Of a DNA stretch of 64,000 nucleotides, positions 39,530 through 49,005 are shown piece after piece. Each line of letters opens with the position of its first letter. Position 1 is the stretch's first letter. Location of the stretch: IMG/VR virus record IMGVR_UViG_3300017917_003446, positions 51,473 to 115,472 of that record. One strand, given 5' to 3'. The DNA comes from a virus. Below the pieces are notes generated by a model. That model was not told the origin of the DNA. It saw nothing but the letters and a program-made list of their open reading frames with translations, and did no database searches. The translations under genes were made by a program, and so were the position numbers.

Positions 39530-40269
39530 TGAAACTTATAAAAGAACTAAGGGGATATTCTGGCAGTAAAGTATATCTTATGAAATCTAATAATGAATAC
39601 TTTGTTAGAAAACAAGGTAACGTTAGTAGAAACTACGAACGACTGAACCAGTTGTATTCTATTGGTTTGCCTGTAGTAAAAGTATTGAATTATGAGAAAG
39701 ATACTTTAGATTTAGAGTACATACAAGGGTTCGATATGGAAACATATCTTCAAAAGAATAACCCTATTTTATTATCAAAATTTATAATAGAATCTCTTGA
39801 ACAAGTAAAAAGAACAGAACAAGAATTAAAAGATTATACTGACACATATAATGAAAAATTAAATTGGATAAACAATTTAAACTTTAGTTTCAGTGCATCC
39901 TCTCTTATTGAAACATTGCCTAAAAAGATAAAGAAATCTGAGTATTTTGGTGATCTTACCTTAGAAAATATATTGTTCAATAAGCATAAAGGCTTTATAA
40001 TTATTGATCCTGCAACCATAGAATATGACTCTTGGATTTTCGATCTAGCTAAACTTAATCAGGATATAACTTGTAAATGGTTTTTGCGAAATAGTAAATC
40101 AAATTTGGATCACAAATTAACTTTATTGAAGAACAATATAGAAAATGTATATGGACCTTTAGATAACTATTTAACTATAGTAATGTTAATCCGAATATAC
40201 AGACACGCAATTAATGATTTAAAGACAAGAATTTTTTTAGACAAGCAAATAAAACTATTATGGAAATAA
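39529..40269 (+). CDS. APH/choline-kinase-like phosphotransferase
   Basis: GYSGSKV, GDLTLENIL, IID, DLAKL. Confidence 0.7.
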   Translation: MKLIKELRGYSGSKVYLMKSNNEYFVRKQGNVSRNYERLNQLYSIGLPVVKVLNYEKDTLDLEYIQGFDMETYLQKNNPILLSKFIIESLEQVKRTEQELKDYTDTYNEKLNWINNLNFSFSASSLIETLPKKIKKSEYFGDLTLENILFNKHKGFIIIDPATIEYDSWIFDLAKLNQDITCKWFLRNSKSNLDHKLTLLKNNIENVYGPLDNYLTIVMLIRIYRHAINDLKTRIFLDKQIKLLWK

Positions 40270-41291
40270 TTGTTCCGGCGGCAGGATTATCGACACGATT
40301 CCCTGGTACTAGACCTAAATACTTATTGTATGATTACTCAGGTGAACTAATGCTTAAACGAGCATTAGCACCTTTCCTAGGTAAATTTAATATTACTATT
40401 GGTATATTGCATCAACATGCTGTGCAATATGATGCAGTTAAAATTATTGATAGAGAAATAGGTAATGTTAAAATAGTAATACTGAATGAGCCAACCAAAG
40501 GACCAGCTGAAACAGTATATAAAATTTTAGAAAGATTTGAAGATGATGTTGAATTTCTAGTTAAAGATTGTGATAATTTTTTTAACATAGAATATGAAAC
40601 AGGAAATATAGTATATTCAAGTGATATTAAATACCACGAAACATTAAGAAAATTATCTTCTAAATCTTTCGTTACCTTAAATAGCCAAGGTGTAATTTTA
40701 GATATAGTTGAAAAAGAAATAGTTAGTAATCACTTTTGTATAGGTGCTTATAAATTTGATTCGTCCAAAGCATATAAAGATGCATACGAAAATATTTCCA
40801 AGAATATCAGTAAAGAAATATATGTATCACATGTTATTAGTTATCTCATAAGTAATAATCATGTTTTTGTGAATCAAGATGTAAGAGAGTTTGTAGATGT
40901 TGGTACCTTAGAAGATTGGAATAAGCACAACTATAAACCTACCATCTTTTGTGATATAGATGGTACGTTAGTGAAATCAATGCATCGACCATATGATGGT
41001 GAGTATGAGGTGCTTGAGAAAAACTATAAAGTTATAAAATCTGAGTATGATAGGGGATGTCAAATCATTTTTACAACGGCGAGACCATCGTCAGCACAAG
41101 AAGTAACTATGATGATGTTACGACAGCTTGGATTTACGAATAATTGTAAATTAATAATGGACCTACATAATGCGCCTAGAATATTAATTAATGATTATCA
41201 TCCTACAAATAGATATCCTAGTGCGATAAGTTATAATGTTAAACGAGATGGAGATGACTTAAGTGACCTATATTATAGACAAAATAATTAA
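40260..41291 (+). CDS. nucleotidyltransferase fused to HAD phosphatase
   Basis: PAAGLSTRF...PK N-terminus; DIDGT...TAR...ND HAD motifs. Confidence 0.8.
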   Translation: MEIIVPAAGLSTRFPGTRPKYLLYDYSGELMLKRALAPFLGKFNITIGILHQHAVQYDAVKIIDREIGNVKIVILNEPTKGPAETVYKILERFEDDVEFLVKDCDNFFNIEYETGNIVYSSDIKYHETLRKLSSKSFVTLNSQGVILDIVEKEIVSNHFCIGAYKFDSSKAYKDAYENISKNISKEIYVSHVISYLISNNHVFVNQDVREFVDVGTLEDWNKHNYKPTIFCDIDGTLVKSMHRPYDGEYEVLEKNYKVIKSEYDRGCQIIFTTARPSSAQEVTMMMLRQLGFTNNCKLIMDLHNAPRILINDYHPTNRYPSAISYNVKRDGDDLSDLYYRQNN

Positions 41292-41583
41292 TTACAAGTA
41301 TAACGAAGATAAACTTATACGAGAGCTACAAGACTATGTAGACTCTACCTACGGACAACACTATGCTCAGGGAAAAATACAAACTACAGAATTCATTATT
41401 GATAATGGTCATGGTATTGGTCATACTGTCGGTAATATAATTAAGTATGCCCAAAGATATGGAAAGAAAGCCGGAAGGAATAGGAAAGACATACTAAAGA
41501 TATTACACTATACTTTAATAATGCTATATGTACATGATATTGAAACAGCCAATGAAAAGGAACTAGATGATGCAGATCAGTAA
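41263..41583 (+). CDS. DUF3310/T7 gp1.7-like putative nucleotide kinase
   Basis: HY..G.I....I, GNIIKYAQRYGKK, DILKILHY. Confidence 0.7.
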   Translation: MTYIIDKIINYKYNEDKLIRELQDYVDSTYGQHYAQGKIQTTEFIIDNGHGIGHTVGNIIKYAQRYGKKAGRNRKDILKILHYTLIMLYVHDIETANEKELDDADQ

Positions 41584-42226
41584 AGAAACAATTGACATTC
41601 TAAAGAATTTTGCGAGTATCAATAGCAATATTCTTATTCGTAAGGGCAAAACTCTTTCTACAATTAGTACAGCTAAAAGTATTTTTGGTCGTGCTACAGT
41701 AGCAGAAGATTTTCCTGTGGAAGTACCCATCTATGATTTAAACTCTCTGTTAGCATTGCTAACACTGATGGAAAATCAGAATGTAGAATTCGGTGATAAG
41801 TCCTTAACTATCTCTAAAGATGGCGGTAAGTTTGAATACTTTTATTCTAACCCATCTGTTATTGTTGCAGCACCAGATAAAAGTATTGAATTGGATAGTC
41901 ATTTCCAATTTAAACTCACAGCTGAAGATGTTCAAATGATTATGAAAGCGGCTGCTATTACCTCGGCGCCTACAATTTCAGTTGCTTGTAAACATCAACA
42001 AGTAGTACTTACTGTAGGCGATAAGAAGTTTGACACTGCTAATACTTATAAAAAGATTATTGGTCCAGGGATCGAGGACTTTGAATGTCATATCTCAGTA
42101 GAGAATTTTAAAGTTATTCCTGATGCATATTCTATTACTATTTCTAAAAAGAAGTTCTTGCATCTAAAGCATGAAACTAAAAGCATAGAATACTTTATTG
42201 CGATGGAACCAGATTCTGTGGTATGA
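41567..42226 (+). CDS. gp45: sliding clamp gp45
   Basis: ETIDILKNFASINSNI, IYDLN..L, ENFKVIP..Y, YFIAME. Confidence 0.93.
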   Translation: MMQISKETIDILKNFASINSNILIRKGKTLSTISTAKSIFGRATVAEDFPVEVPIYDLNSLLALLTLMENQNVEFGDKSLTISKDGGKFEYFYSNPSVIVAAPDKSIELDSHFQFKLTAEDVQMIMKAAAITSAPTISVACKHQQVVLTVGDKKFDTANTYKKIIGPGIEDFECHISVENFKVIPDAYSITISKKKFLHLKHETKSIEYFIAMEPDSVV

Positions 42227-42405
42227 ACGATACACCATTAAGTAAAGCTGAAGAAAATATTCGTTATGTCGCTCGTATAATTAGCGAGCGAGAATGTGGA
42301 TCTCAAGAACAATGGGAATACTATATTTCTCGTGCTTGGGATATTATATTATTAGTAGAGCAACTAGGATTTTTAAATAAAAAAAGATTCTGGGGCGAAA
42401 AGTGA
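42223..42405 (+). CDS. hypothetical protein
   Basis: 60-aa ORF coupled to gp45 by ATGA. Confidence 0.5.
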   Translation: MNDTPLSKAEENIRYVARIISERECGSQEQWEYYISRAWDIILLVEQLGFLNKKRFWGEK

Positions 42406-42415
42406 TGGAGTTAAT

Positions 42416-43357
42416 ATGGAATATCGTGAGGATCAATTTCTTTGGGTTGAAAAGTATCGCCCAAGAAAATTAGATGATTGCATCTTACCCGAAAGCCAAA
42501 AGACTATCTTTGGTGATATGCTTGAAAAGGGTGAGATACAAAATATGTTATTATGTGGTTCAGCAGGTGTAGGTAAAACTACAGTTGCCAGAGCTTTATG
42601 TGAACAATTAGGTTCAGATTATATTATTATAAATGGTTCTGAAGAATCAGGTATTGATGTCCTAAGAACTAAAATCAAACAGTTTGCTTCTACAGTATCC
42701 TTTAGTGGTAAGACTAAAGTTGTTATTCTAGACGAGGCAGACTATCTCAATCCTAATTCTACACAGCCTGCCTTAAGGGCATTCATTGAAGAATTTTCTT
42801 CTAATTGTAGATTCATTTTTACTTGTAACTTTAAAAATAGAATCATTCCTCCTTTACATTCTAGATGTGCAGTAATTGAATTTAAGATAAGTAAAGATGA
42901 GAATCTTAAGATAAAGGCAAAATTCCATAAAAGAATTATGCAAATTCTTGAGATAGAAAAGATTGATGCAGATAAAAAAGTAGTAGCCAGAGTTATTGAT
43001 AAGCATTTTCCTGATTATAGAAGAATTCTAAATGAACTTCAGCGATACTCAGTATCAGGTAAGATAGATGAAGGTATTCTAGTAGATCTCAGTGATGAGA
43101 ATATGAATTCTTTGAAGAATACTTTGAAGGAAAAAGATTGGAAAAAGATGAGAGCATGGGTTGTAAATAATCTTGATAACGATCCATCATCTATTTTTAG
43201 AAAAATCTATGATACACTATTGCCTGAGGTTGTAGAAGTTCCTCATATGGTATTGCTACTAGCAGATTATCAATATAAAGCAGCTTTTGTAGTAGATAAT
43301 GAGATTAATCTAGTTGCCTGTCTTACAGATATTATGTCTACGGTGAATTTCAAATGA
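42416..43357 (+). CDS. gp44: clamp loader large subunit gp44
   Basis: LWVEKYRP, GSAGVGKTT, ILDEAD, LHSRC. Confidence 0.96.
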   Translation: MEYREDQFLWVEKYRPRKLDDCILPESQKTIFGDMLEKGEIQNMLLCGSAGVGKTTVARALCEQLGSDYIIINGSEESGIDVLRTKIKQFASTVSFSGKTKVVILDEADYLNPNSTQPALRAFIEEFSSNCRFIFTCNFKNRIIPPLHSRCAVIEFKISKDENLKIKAKFHKRIMQILEIEKIDADKKVVARVIDKHFPDYRRILNELQRYSVSGKIDEGILVDLSDENMNSLKNTLKEKDWKKMRAWVVNNLDNDPSSIFRKIYDTLLPEVVEVPHMVLLLADYQYKAAFVVDNEINLVACLTDIMSTVNFK

Positions 43358-43800
43358 CTTTGTTCGGCGAAAAACCTGTAGAACTAATTAAAGAGGAACC
43401 CTGGAAAGCTCCGGCTATTACGCCCTTCGATTTTATAAATGCAATAAATGAAACTAAAGAAAATCTTATTGTCGATGATTGGTCAGAGAAACAATACAAT
43501 CCTTATATTATAAACAAGGGTTTGTCTTATGGTAGAGACACTATTCATGCAGCAAATGCGATGAATGGGCGTCCACACCTGGATAAGGCTCTTCAGTTTT
43601 CGTTCTTAATAAATATAATTAGGCCCAAAAAAAGATTCAATAAATGGATCAAAGCCGAAAAAATTGATGCGCTAGAAGTAATCAAGGAATACTATGGATA
43701 TAGCACAGCAAAAGCCCGCCAAGTACTTCCTCTTCTCGACGACTCAAAAATAGATTATTTAAGAACAAAACTAATAAAAGGTGGAAGAGATGTCCGATGA
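43354..43800 (+). CDS. gp62: clamp loader small subunit gp62
   Basis: PFDFINAIN, YNPYIINKGLS, KKRFNKW, EYYGYS..KA. Confidence 0.92.
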   Translation: MTLFGEKPVELIKEEPWKAPAITPFDFINAINETKENLIVDDWSEKQYNPYIINKGLSYGRDTIHAANAMNGRPHLDKALQFSFLINIIRPKKRFNKWIKAEKIDALEVIKEYYGYSTAKARQVLPLLDDSKIDYLRTKLIKGGRDVR

Positions 43801-44215
43801 GTTCTTTAAGATAGATTTTCCTGGTTACTCTCCTTTGGAAATAAACTTGTTGCAACCTGACGATTTTTTAAAGGTCAGAGAAACCTTGACGAGAATAGGT
43901 GTAGCTTCTAGAAAAGACAAAGTTCTTTATCAATCCTGTCATATTTTACATAAGCAGGGTCGCTATTTTATAGTACATTTTAAAGAATTATTTGCTCTTG
44001 ATGGTAAGCAAGCTGATCTAACTGATAATGATTTACAACGAAGAAATACTATAGCTAAATTACTTGTGGATTGGGGTCTTGTAAAGATTATTGATGCATT
44101 TAAATATAACGATTTAGCACCTTTATCCCAGATTAAAGTCATTGCTTTTAAAGAAAAGGATGACTGGGATTTACAAACAAAGTATAATATTGGTAAGAAA
44201 AAGCAGTCTGTGTAA
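43790..44215 (+). CDS. regA: translational repressor RegA
   Basis: DDFLKVRETLTRIG, LYQSCHILHKQGRYFIVHFKELF. Confidence 0.96.
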   Translation: MSDEFFKIDFPGYSPLEINLLQPDDFLKVRETLTRIGVASRKDKVLYQSCHILHKQGRYFIVHFKELFALDGKQADLTDNDLQRRNTIAKLLVDWGLVKIIDAFKYNDLAPLSQIKVIAFKEKDDWDLQTKYNIGKKKQSV

Positions 44216-44227
44216 TAAATAATAATA

Positions 44228-44302
44228 TCCCTGGGATGGGAACTAGCATGCCAGCGAAGGCTAGTAAAATATCCACTGGTGCCAACGCCATTTGGGTTGG
44301 CA
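44228..44302 (+). ncRNA. candidate structured 5' leader of hsp20
   Basis: Three hairpins plus two loop-tail pairings (see findings). Confidence 0.4.
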
Positions 44303-44333
44303 ATTAATTAACTCGCTTAATAGGAGAACTAAA

Positions 44334-44837
44334 ATGACGTTGTTACTTAAAAACGGACCTTTCGATATGTTTAAAGATTTTGAAAAACTATTTGTAGGTT
44401 TTGATGATACTTATAGTCGCATGGCTAAATTTCATGACGATGTGACCAAAAATATTCCAAATTACCCTCCATATAATATTCGTAAAGTAGAGGACAATAA
44501 GTATGTCATTGAACTTGCAGTAGCAGGATTTGCAAGACAGGATATTGATATTACCTTTGAAGATAATAAGTTAATTATCAGTGGTAAATCACAAGATGAT
44601 AATGATAATTTCTTATTTAAGGGTATTGCAAACAGGGCTTTTACTCGTACTTTCTTTTTAGATGACACCATTGAAATCAATGATGCAGCTATGATGAATG
44701 GTATGCTTAAAATTGCTTTGGAAAAAATTATTCCTGAGCACAAAAAGCCAAAAAAAATTGAAGTGAAGGATAGAGAATCTACTACAAAATCATCTAAGAA
44801 ACTTCTTACAGAAAATAAAGATGACGTCAATATTTAA
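44334..44837 (+). CDS. hsp20: small heat shock protein (IbpA/Hsp20)
   Basis: NYPPYNI, IELAVAGF, KGIANRAFTRTF, NGML; ATG 44334 after AGGAG. Confidence 0.95.
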   Translation: MTLLLKNGPFDMFKDFEKLFVGFDDTYSRMAKFHDDVTKNIPNYPPYNIRKVEDNKYVIELAVAGFARQDIDITFEDNKLIISGKSQDDNDNFLFKGIANRAFTRTFFLDDTIEINDAAMMNGMLKIALEKIIPEHKKPKKIEVKDRESTTKSSKKLLTENKDDVNI

Positions 44838-44958
44838 TTGGCTAGGAAAATTTTTTGATCCAAGATTATCTTATGTGGAGTACATGTTAAAAGATGTAAA
44901 AGATTTCGCAGAACTAGAATATAAAATGAAATGCCTTAGAAATAGGGGATACTTATGA
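44821..44958 (+). CDS. small protein, DUF3563-like (not in ORF track)
   Basis: MTSIFNWLGKFFDPRLSYVEYMLKDVKDFAELEYKMKCLRNRGYL. Confidence 0.5.
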   Translation: MTSIFNWLGKFFDPRLSYVEYMLKDVKDFAELEYKMKCLRNRGYL

Positions 44959-45065
44959 TAAAGAAAATTCTTTTAAGTATTTGGCATTTTATAGAAGCGG
45001 TAGGTGAAGGGAGAAGAATGCGAGTCGATAAACATGTAAGAGAATTGACAAAAGATAGAAAATGA
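44955..45065 (+). CDS. small hypothetical protein (not in ORF track)
   Basis: 36 aa MIKKILLSIWHFIEAVGEGRRMRVDKHVRELTKDRK; ATGA overlap, AGGGG RBS. Confidence 0.5.
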   Translation: MIKKILLSIWHFIEAVGEGRRMRVDKHVRELTKDRK

Positions 45066-45069
45066 AACA

Positions 45070-45089
45070 AGGGGCACTTAAGTGCCCCT
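45070..45089 (+). terminator. perfect 20-bp palindrome / hairpin ending the hsp20 unit
   Basis: AGGGGCACTTAAGTGCCCCT; weak U-tract. Confidence 0.6.
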
Positions 45090-45107
45090 ACACTTTTAAG
45101 GTAAAAT

Positions 45108-45392
45108 ATGATTAAAGTGATTAAATTAAGTACAGGTGAAGAAATTTTAGGTGAGATTGATAATGATTATAAGATGAAGGAACCTTGTATTCTACAAATG
45201 ATGCCTTCAAGATCAGATCCTACTAAAATGATGATGGCTTTATTGCCTTATGCTTCCTATGTAAAAAATTCTACTATAGAATTATCCCCAGAACATATTA
45301 TTTGGGAAGGTGAACCTGTTGAGGAACTGTATAATCAATATAATTCTATCTATGGTTCTGGTATTCAACTTGCATCAAGTATTTTAAGATGA
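45108..45392 (+). CDS. conserved hypothetical protein (Sm-like, post-hsp20)
   Basis: IKLSTGEEILG...P...YNQYNS.YGSGI. Confidence 0.6.
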   Translation: MIKVIKLSTGEEILGEIDNDYKMKEPCILQMMPSRSDPTKMMMALLPYASYVKNSTIELSPEHIIWEGEPVEELYNQYNSIYGSGIQLASSILR

Positions 45393-45694
45393 GATCATAT
45401 AAAAAACCTGGCCCTGTAGTATACATTGATCCAGCAACAAATCTACCCAAGTGTACTCCTGTGTCTTGTATAGACAAATTAAAAGAATATTTTGAGATTA
45501 AGGAAACAAACTATAAATGGGTAGGTGGTCCTGTACTGCATAAGTTTTATTATTCTATTTGTAGTGATTGTAATACTAGAACTATTACTAGTAAAGATAA
45601 AAAGCAAACCGACGAGTCCTATAAACGTGCTATAGAAAATAATGGCAGCGATCCAGATATAAAGGAGCATATTGATGGCAGACAAGAAGCATGA
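45389..45694 (+). CDS. hypothetical protein with possible Zn ribbon
   Basis: CTPVSC...CSDC. Confidence 0.45.
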   Translation: MRSYKKPGPVVYIDPATNLPKCTPVSCIDKLKEYFEIKETNYKWVGGPVLHKFYYSICSDCNTRTITSKDKKQTDESYKRAIENNGSDPDIKEHIDGRQEA

Positions 45695-45794
45695 ATCAGT
45701 ATTCAAAAGAACAAGACAAAATGGTAGTAAAACTGCCACAATGAATAAGCACAAGAAAAGATCATATAAAAAATATAGAGGCCAAGGAAAATAA
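45675..45794 (+). CDS. small basic protein ending KKYRGQGK (not in ORF track)
   Basis: 39 aa, AGGAG RBS; motif familiar from T4-like aquatic phages. Confidence 0.6.
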   Translation: MADKKHESVFKRTRQNGSKTATMNKHKKRSYKKYRGQGK

Positions 45795-45795
45795 T

Positions 45796-46371
45796 ATGCC
45801 TGTCTTAAGTTATGATTATTTAGAAAAATGGGGTAGGGGTGACACTTTTATTGAAACTGGCACCTATACTGGATTTACAACCATGATGGCAAGAGGATGG
45901 GGATTTAAGAAAATACATACAGTAGAACTTATGCCTCATCTATATGAAAAAGCCTTAGATCGTTTTAAGGACGAGGACAGAATTACTTGTTGGTTAGGTG
46001 ATACGCCAGATGTCTTAAGAGAAAATATTCTTCCAAGTTTAGAAGGTGAAGCAACATTTTGGCTTGACGCTCATATGATGGGTCCAACAAATCATGTACC
46101 AAATGGTGTAGCAGGTAGTAATAAATATGGACCTGCTCCTATATTACATGAACTAAAAGCCATATCAGAACACCCGGTAAAGACACATACTATTTTTATT
46201 GATGATCAAAGATTGTTTGATACGCAGGTTTGGAACAATGTCAAAAGGTCTGATGCTTTAAGAATTATTAAGCAAATTAATCCAAGATATGAATTTGAAT
46301 GGTTGGATGGTGGAGTCGGTGATTGGCAACGGCATCTTGCTAATGATATTATTGTAGCTTATATTAAGTGA
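45796..46371 (+). CDS. SAM-dependent methyltransferase-like protein (paralog of 35001..35528)
   Basis: GDTFIETGTY, LEGEATFWLDAH, IFIDDQRLF. Confidence 0.65.
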   Translation: MPVLSYDYLEKWGRGDTFIETGTYTGFTTMMARGWGFKKIHTVELMPHLYEKALDRFKDEDRITCWLGDTPDVLRENILPSLEGEATFWLDAHMMGPTNHVPNGVAGSNKYGPAPILHELKAISEHPVKTHTIFIDDQRLFDTQVWNNVKRSDALRIIKQINPRYEFEWLDGGVGDWQRHLANDIIVAYIK

Positions 46372-47021
46372 TGGAAAATTTAGATAATGTTGTTGTGAAA
46401 AAACCTTGGGGATATGAATATCTTTGTTACAAAAATAAAAATTTAGCTATATGGTTTTTACATATAGAAAAAAATAAATCTACTTCTTTGCATTGCCATC
46501 CTAAAAAACATACTAGTCTTATAGTTATTAATGGTGAAGTAAATATTAGTTTCATGCGAGGTAGCACTAATCTAAAAGCATTAGATAAAATTGGTATTTT
46601 TAGAAGTAGATTTCATTCTACCTGTGCTTTAACAGATGATACTTTTATTTTAGAGGTTGAGACTCCTGAGGATAAGCATGATCTAGTTAGATTAAAAGAT
46701 TCATATGGTAGACAAAATATTGGTTATGAAACCGCTGAACATCATTTTCCTAAAGACAAAAGTCATTTATGGGTAGAAGATCCTGAATGGGATCATGTTC
46801 AAAATTTTAATCTAATTAAACTTAACCATTTTATAGCTGACGAAAGAGTAAAATCTTTTACCTCAGATGATCTTATGATTGTCACAGAAGGTGGTGTTAT
46901 TACAAAAAATTATGAGCAATTAGTTTATCCGGGTGATACTATAGACGGAGAATCTTTGAATATCCTATCAGATTCATTTAATCTGTTACCATACACGACT
47001 TTAATTCATATTAAACGATGA
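46368..47021 (+). CDS. cupin (type II mannose-6-phosphate isomerase-like)
   Basis: KPWGYE, TSLHCHPKK, FH, EVETP..DLVRL.DSYGR. Confidence 0.75.
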   Translation: MMENLDNVVVKKPWGYEYLCYKNKNLAIWFLHIEKNKSTSLHCHPKKHTSLIVINGEVNISFMRGSTNLKALDKIGIFRSRFHSTCALTDDTFILEVETPEDKHDLVRLKDSYGRQNIGYETAEHHFPKDKSHLWVEDPEWDHVQNFNLIKLNHFIADERVKSFTSDDLMIVTEGGVITKNYEQLVYPGDTIDGESLNILSDSFNLLPYTTLIHIKR

Positions 47022-47491
47022 TACACATTTTTGATTTAGATAAAACTATTTGGGATACCCAAGATAAGCATGGTAATTCTATTTGGGCAAAACAACTTAT
47101 TTTTCCTTTAAATTTTCTTAAGGCAAATAAAGTGATTGATGACGTATATTCTCAATGCACTTTAAGAAATGGTGTAAAGAATTACATTAAAAAATTGCAT
47201 GATTCCGGGCATCAAATAGGTTTTATTTCTAATGCAAGACATCATGATTTTGATGACAGGTATCAACCTTCATTAGAATTATTAAAGATGTTTGGGTTAT
47301 GGGATTATTTTAATAGTATAAAAATATTACAATATAAATCTATTAGTAAAGCTATTCATTTAGAAAAATTAGAAGGACATGTTGTTTTTTATGATGACGA
47401 CATTAAAATAAGAAGCGAGGTATCCTATCTAAGTAATGTGACAGTAATAGATAGTTCTAATATATTTAACTGGGAAAAAATAGATGCTTGA
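47018..47491 (+). CDS. HAD phosphatase (MDP-1-like)
   Basis: FDLDKTIW, K, FYDD. Confidence 0.75.
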   Translation: MIHIFDLDKTIWDTQDKHGNSIWAKQLIFPLNFLKANKVIDDVYSQCTLRNGVKNYIKKLHDSGHQIGFISNARHHDFDDRYQPSLELLKMFGLWDYFNSIKILQYKSISKAIHLEKLEGHVVFYDDDIKIRSEVSYLSNVTVIDSSNIFNWEKIDA

Positions 47492-49004
47492 TATTTTATT
47501 TGTTCATCCTAATGCTTCAGCTAAAATTTATCAAGGTTTGGCCAACAATCATTCAGCTATTGAACCGCCTATCTGGGCAGCGATGCTTGCTAACTCTGTA
47601 AGAAAACAAGGCAATAGTGTAGCTATATTTGATGCCGAAGCAGAAAAATGTGATTATATTGAAGCAGCTAATAGAATTAAAGACTATAAGGCAAGAATAG
47701 TTTGTTTCGTTGTGTATGGTCAGCAACCCAGTGCATCCTCACAGAATATGGAAGGAGCGACTGCTACTGCAAGGTTATTAAAACAAGAGTTACCAGAGCA
47801 GTTTATTTTATTTTGTGGCGGCCATGTAGCAGCATTACCTGTAGAAACGCTTACTAAAGAAACATTTATAAATGCAGTATGTCAAAATGAGGGTGTTTAT
47901 ACTATAAGAGATCTAGTAAAAGTAGAAGATCTCACTGATAGTAATTTATTAAAAAAGGTAAATGGACTTTGTTTCAGATCAGATAAATCAGATTTCATTT
48001 ATACTAATCCAGCATCCCCCATTGTCCCAAGAGAAAAATTAGAAGAGGATTTGCCAGGGATGGCATGGGATTTGTTACCTTCGTTTGATAAGTATAGAAC
48101 AGCAGGTTGGCATTCTTGGTCTAATAATAGTGAGAATGCGCCTTTTGCTGCACTGTATACTAGTCTTGGGTGTCCCTATAGATGTTCTTTTTGTATGATT
48201 AATATCATAAACAGAACAGACCCCGGTGAAAATATTTCAAGTGCAGACAGTAACTATTTTAGATATTGGTCCCCAGATTTTATTATAAATCAATTTGATT
48301 TATTTGCTAAAGCTGGAGTAAAAAATGTAAAGATAGCAGATGAATTATTTGTCTTAAATCCAAATCATTTTTTAAAAATTTGTGAACTAATTGCAGAAAG
48401 AAAATATGAATTTAATATTTGGGCATATTCTAGAGTAGATACCTGCAAACCTAAATATTTAGATGCACTAAAGAAAGCAGGTGTTAATTGGCTTGGTCTT
48501 GGAATTGAAAATCCTGACACTGTAATTAGAAAAGAAATCCATAAGGATGGATTTAAAGATGTTAAGATATTAGATTTAATGAATTTAATACACGAGGCAG
48601 GAATAAATGTAGGTGGTAATTATATTTTTGGATTACCACATGATACACATGAATCAATGAAAAATACTTTAGATTTTGCTTTGTCTCATAAGACAGAAAT
48701 GGTTAACTTTTATTCTGCTATGGCATATCCCGGCAGTCCATTGTATTTACAGGCAAGGCAACAGAATGTAAAATTACCTGATACTTATGTTGGTTATAGC
48801 CAACACGCATATGAAACATTGAACATGGCTAATGAAAATCTAAGTGCTGCAGAGATACTTAGATTTAGAGATTTTGCCTGGAATAAGTATAACACAGATA
48901 AAGATTATTTAAATTTATTAGAAACGAAATTTGGTTCTGCAGCTAGAGTAAATTTAGAAAATACAACCAAAATTAAATTGAATAGAAAATTGCTTGGAGA
49001 TTAA
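47484..49004 (+). CDS. cobalamin-binding radical SAM enzyme
   Basis: N-terminal B12-binding-like domain (PP..A.LA, GGH, EG), GCPYRCSFC, YIFGLP, AYPGSPLY. Confidence 0.85.
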   Translation: MLDILFVHPNASAKIYQGLANNHSAIEPPIWAAMLANSVRKQGNSVAIFDAEAEKCDYIEAANRIKDYKARIVCFVVYGQQPSASSQNMEGATATARLLKQELPEQFILFCGGHVAALPVETLTKETFINAVCQNEGVYTIRDLVKVEDLTDSNLLKKVNGLCFRSDKSDFIYTNPASPIVPREKLEEDLPGMAWDLLPSFDKYRTAGWHSWSNNSENAPFAALYTSLGCPYRCSFCMINIINRTDPGENISSADSNYFRYWSPDFIINQFDLFAKAGVKNVKIADELFVLNPNHFLKICELIAERKYEFNIWAYSRVDTCKPKYLDALKKAGVNWLGLGIENPDTVIRKEIHKDGFKDVKILDLMNLIHEAGINVGGNYIFGLPHDTHESMKNTLDFALSHKTEMVNFYSAMAYPGSPLYLQARQQNVKLPDTYVGYSQHAYETLNMANENLSAAEILRFRDFAWNKYNTDKDYLNLLETKFGSAARVNLENTTKIKLNRKLLGD

Positions 49005-49005
49005 G

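Noticed and set aside
44292-44333. N-terminal extension of Hsp20 (also the extended starts at 34956, 19741, 49532)
   Set aside because: These upstream starts fall in hairpins or overlapping genes; downstream ATGs fit the RBS position or family length better.
33769-49004. Cobalamin biosynthesis (cobS plus a B12 enzyme)
   Set aside because: The CobS-like protein is a generic T4-like MoxR ATPase; no other cob genes are present.
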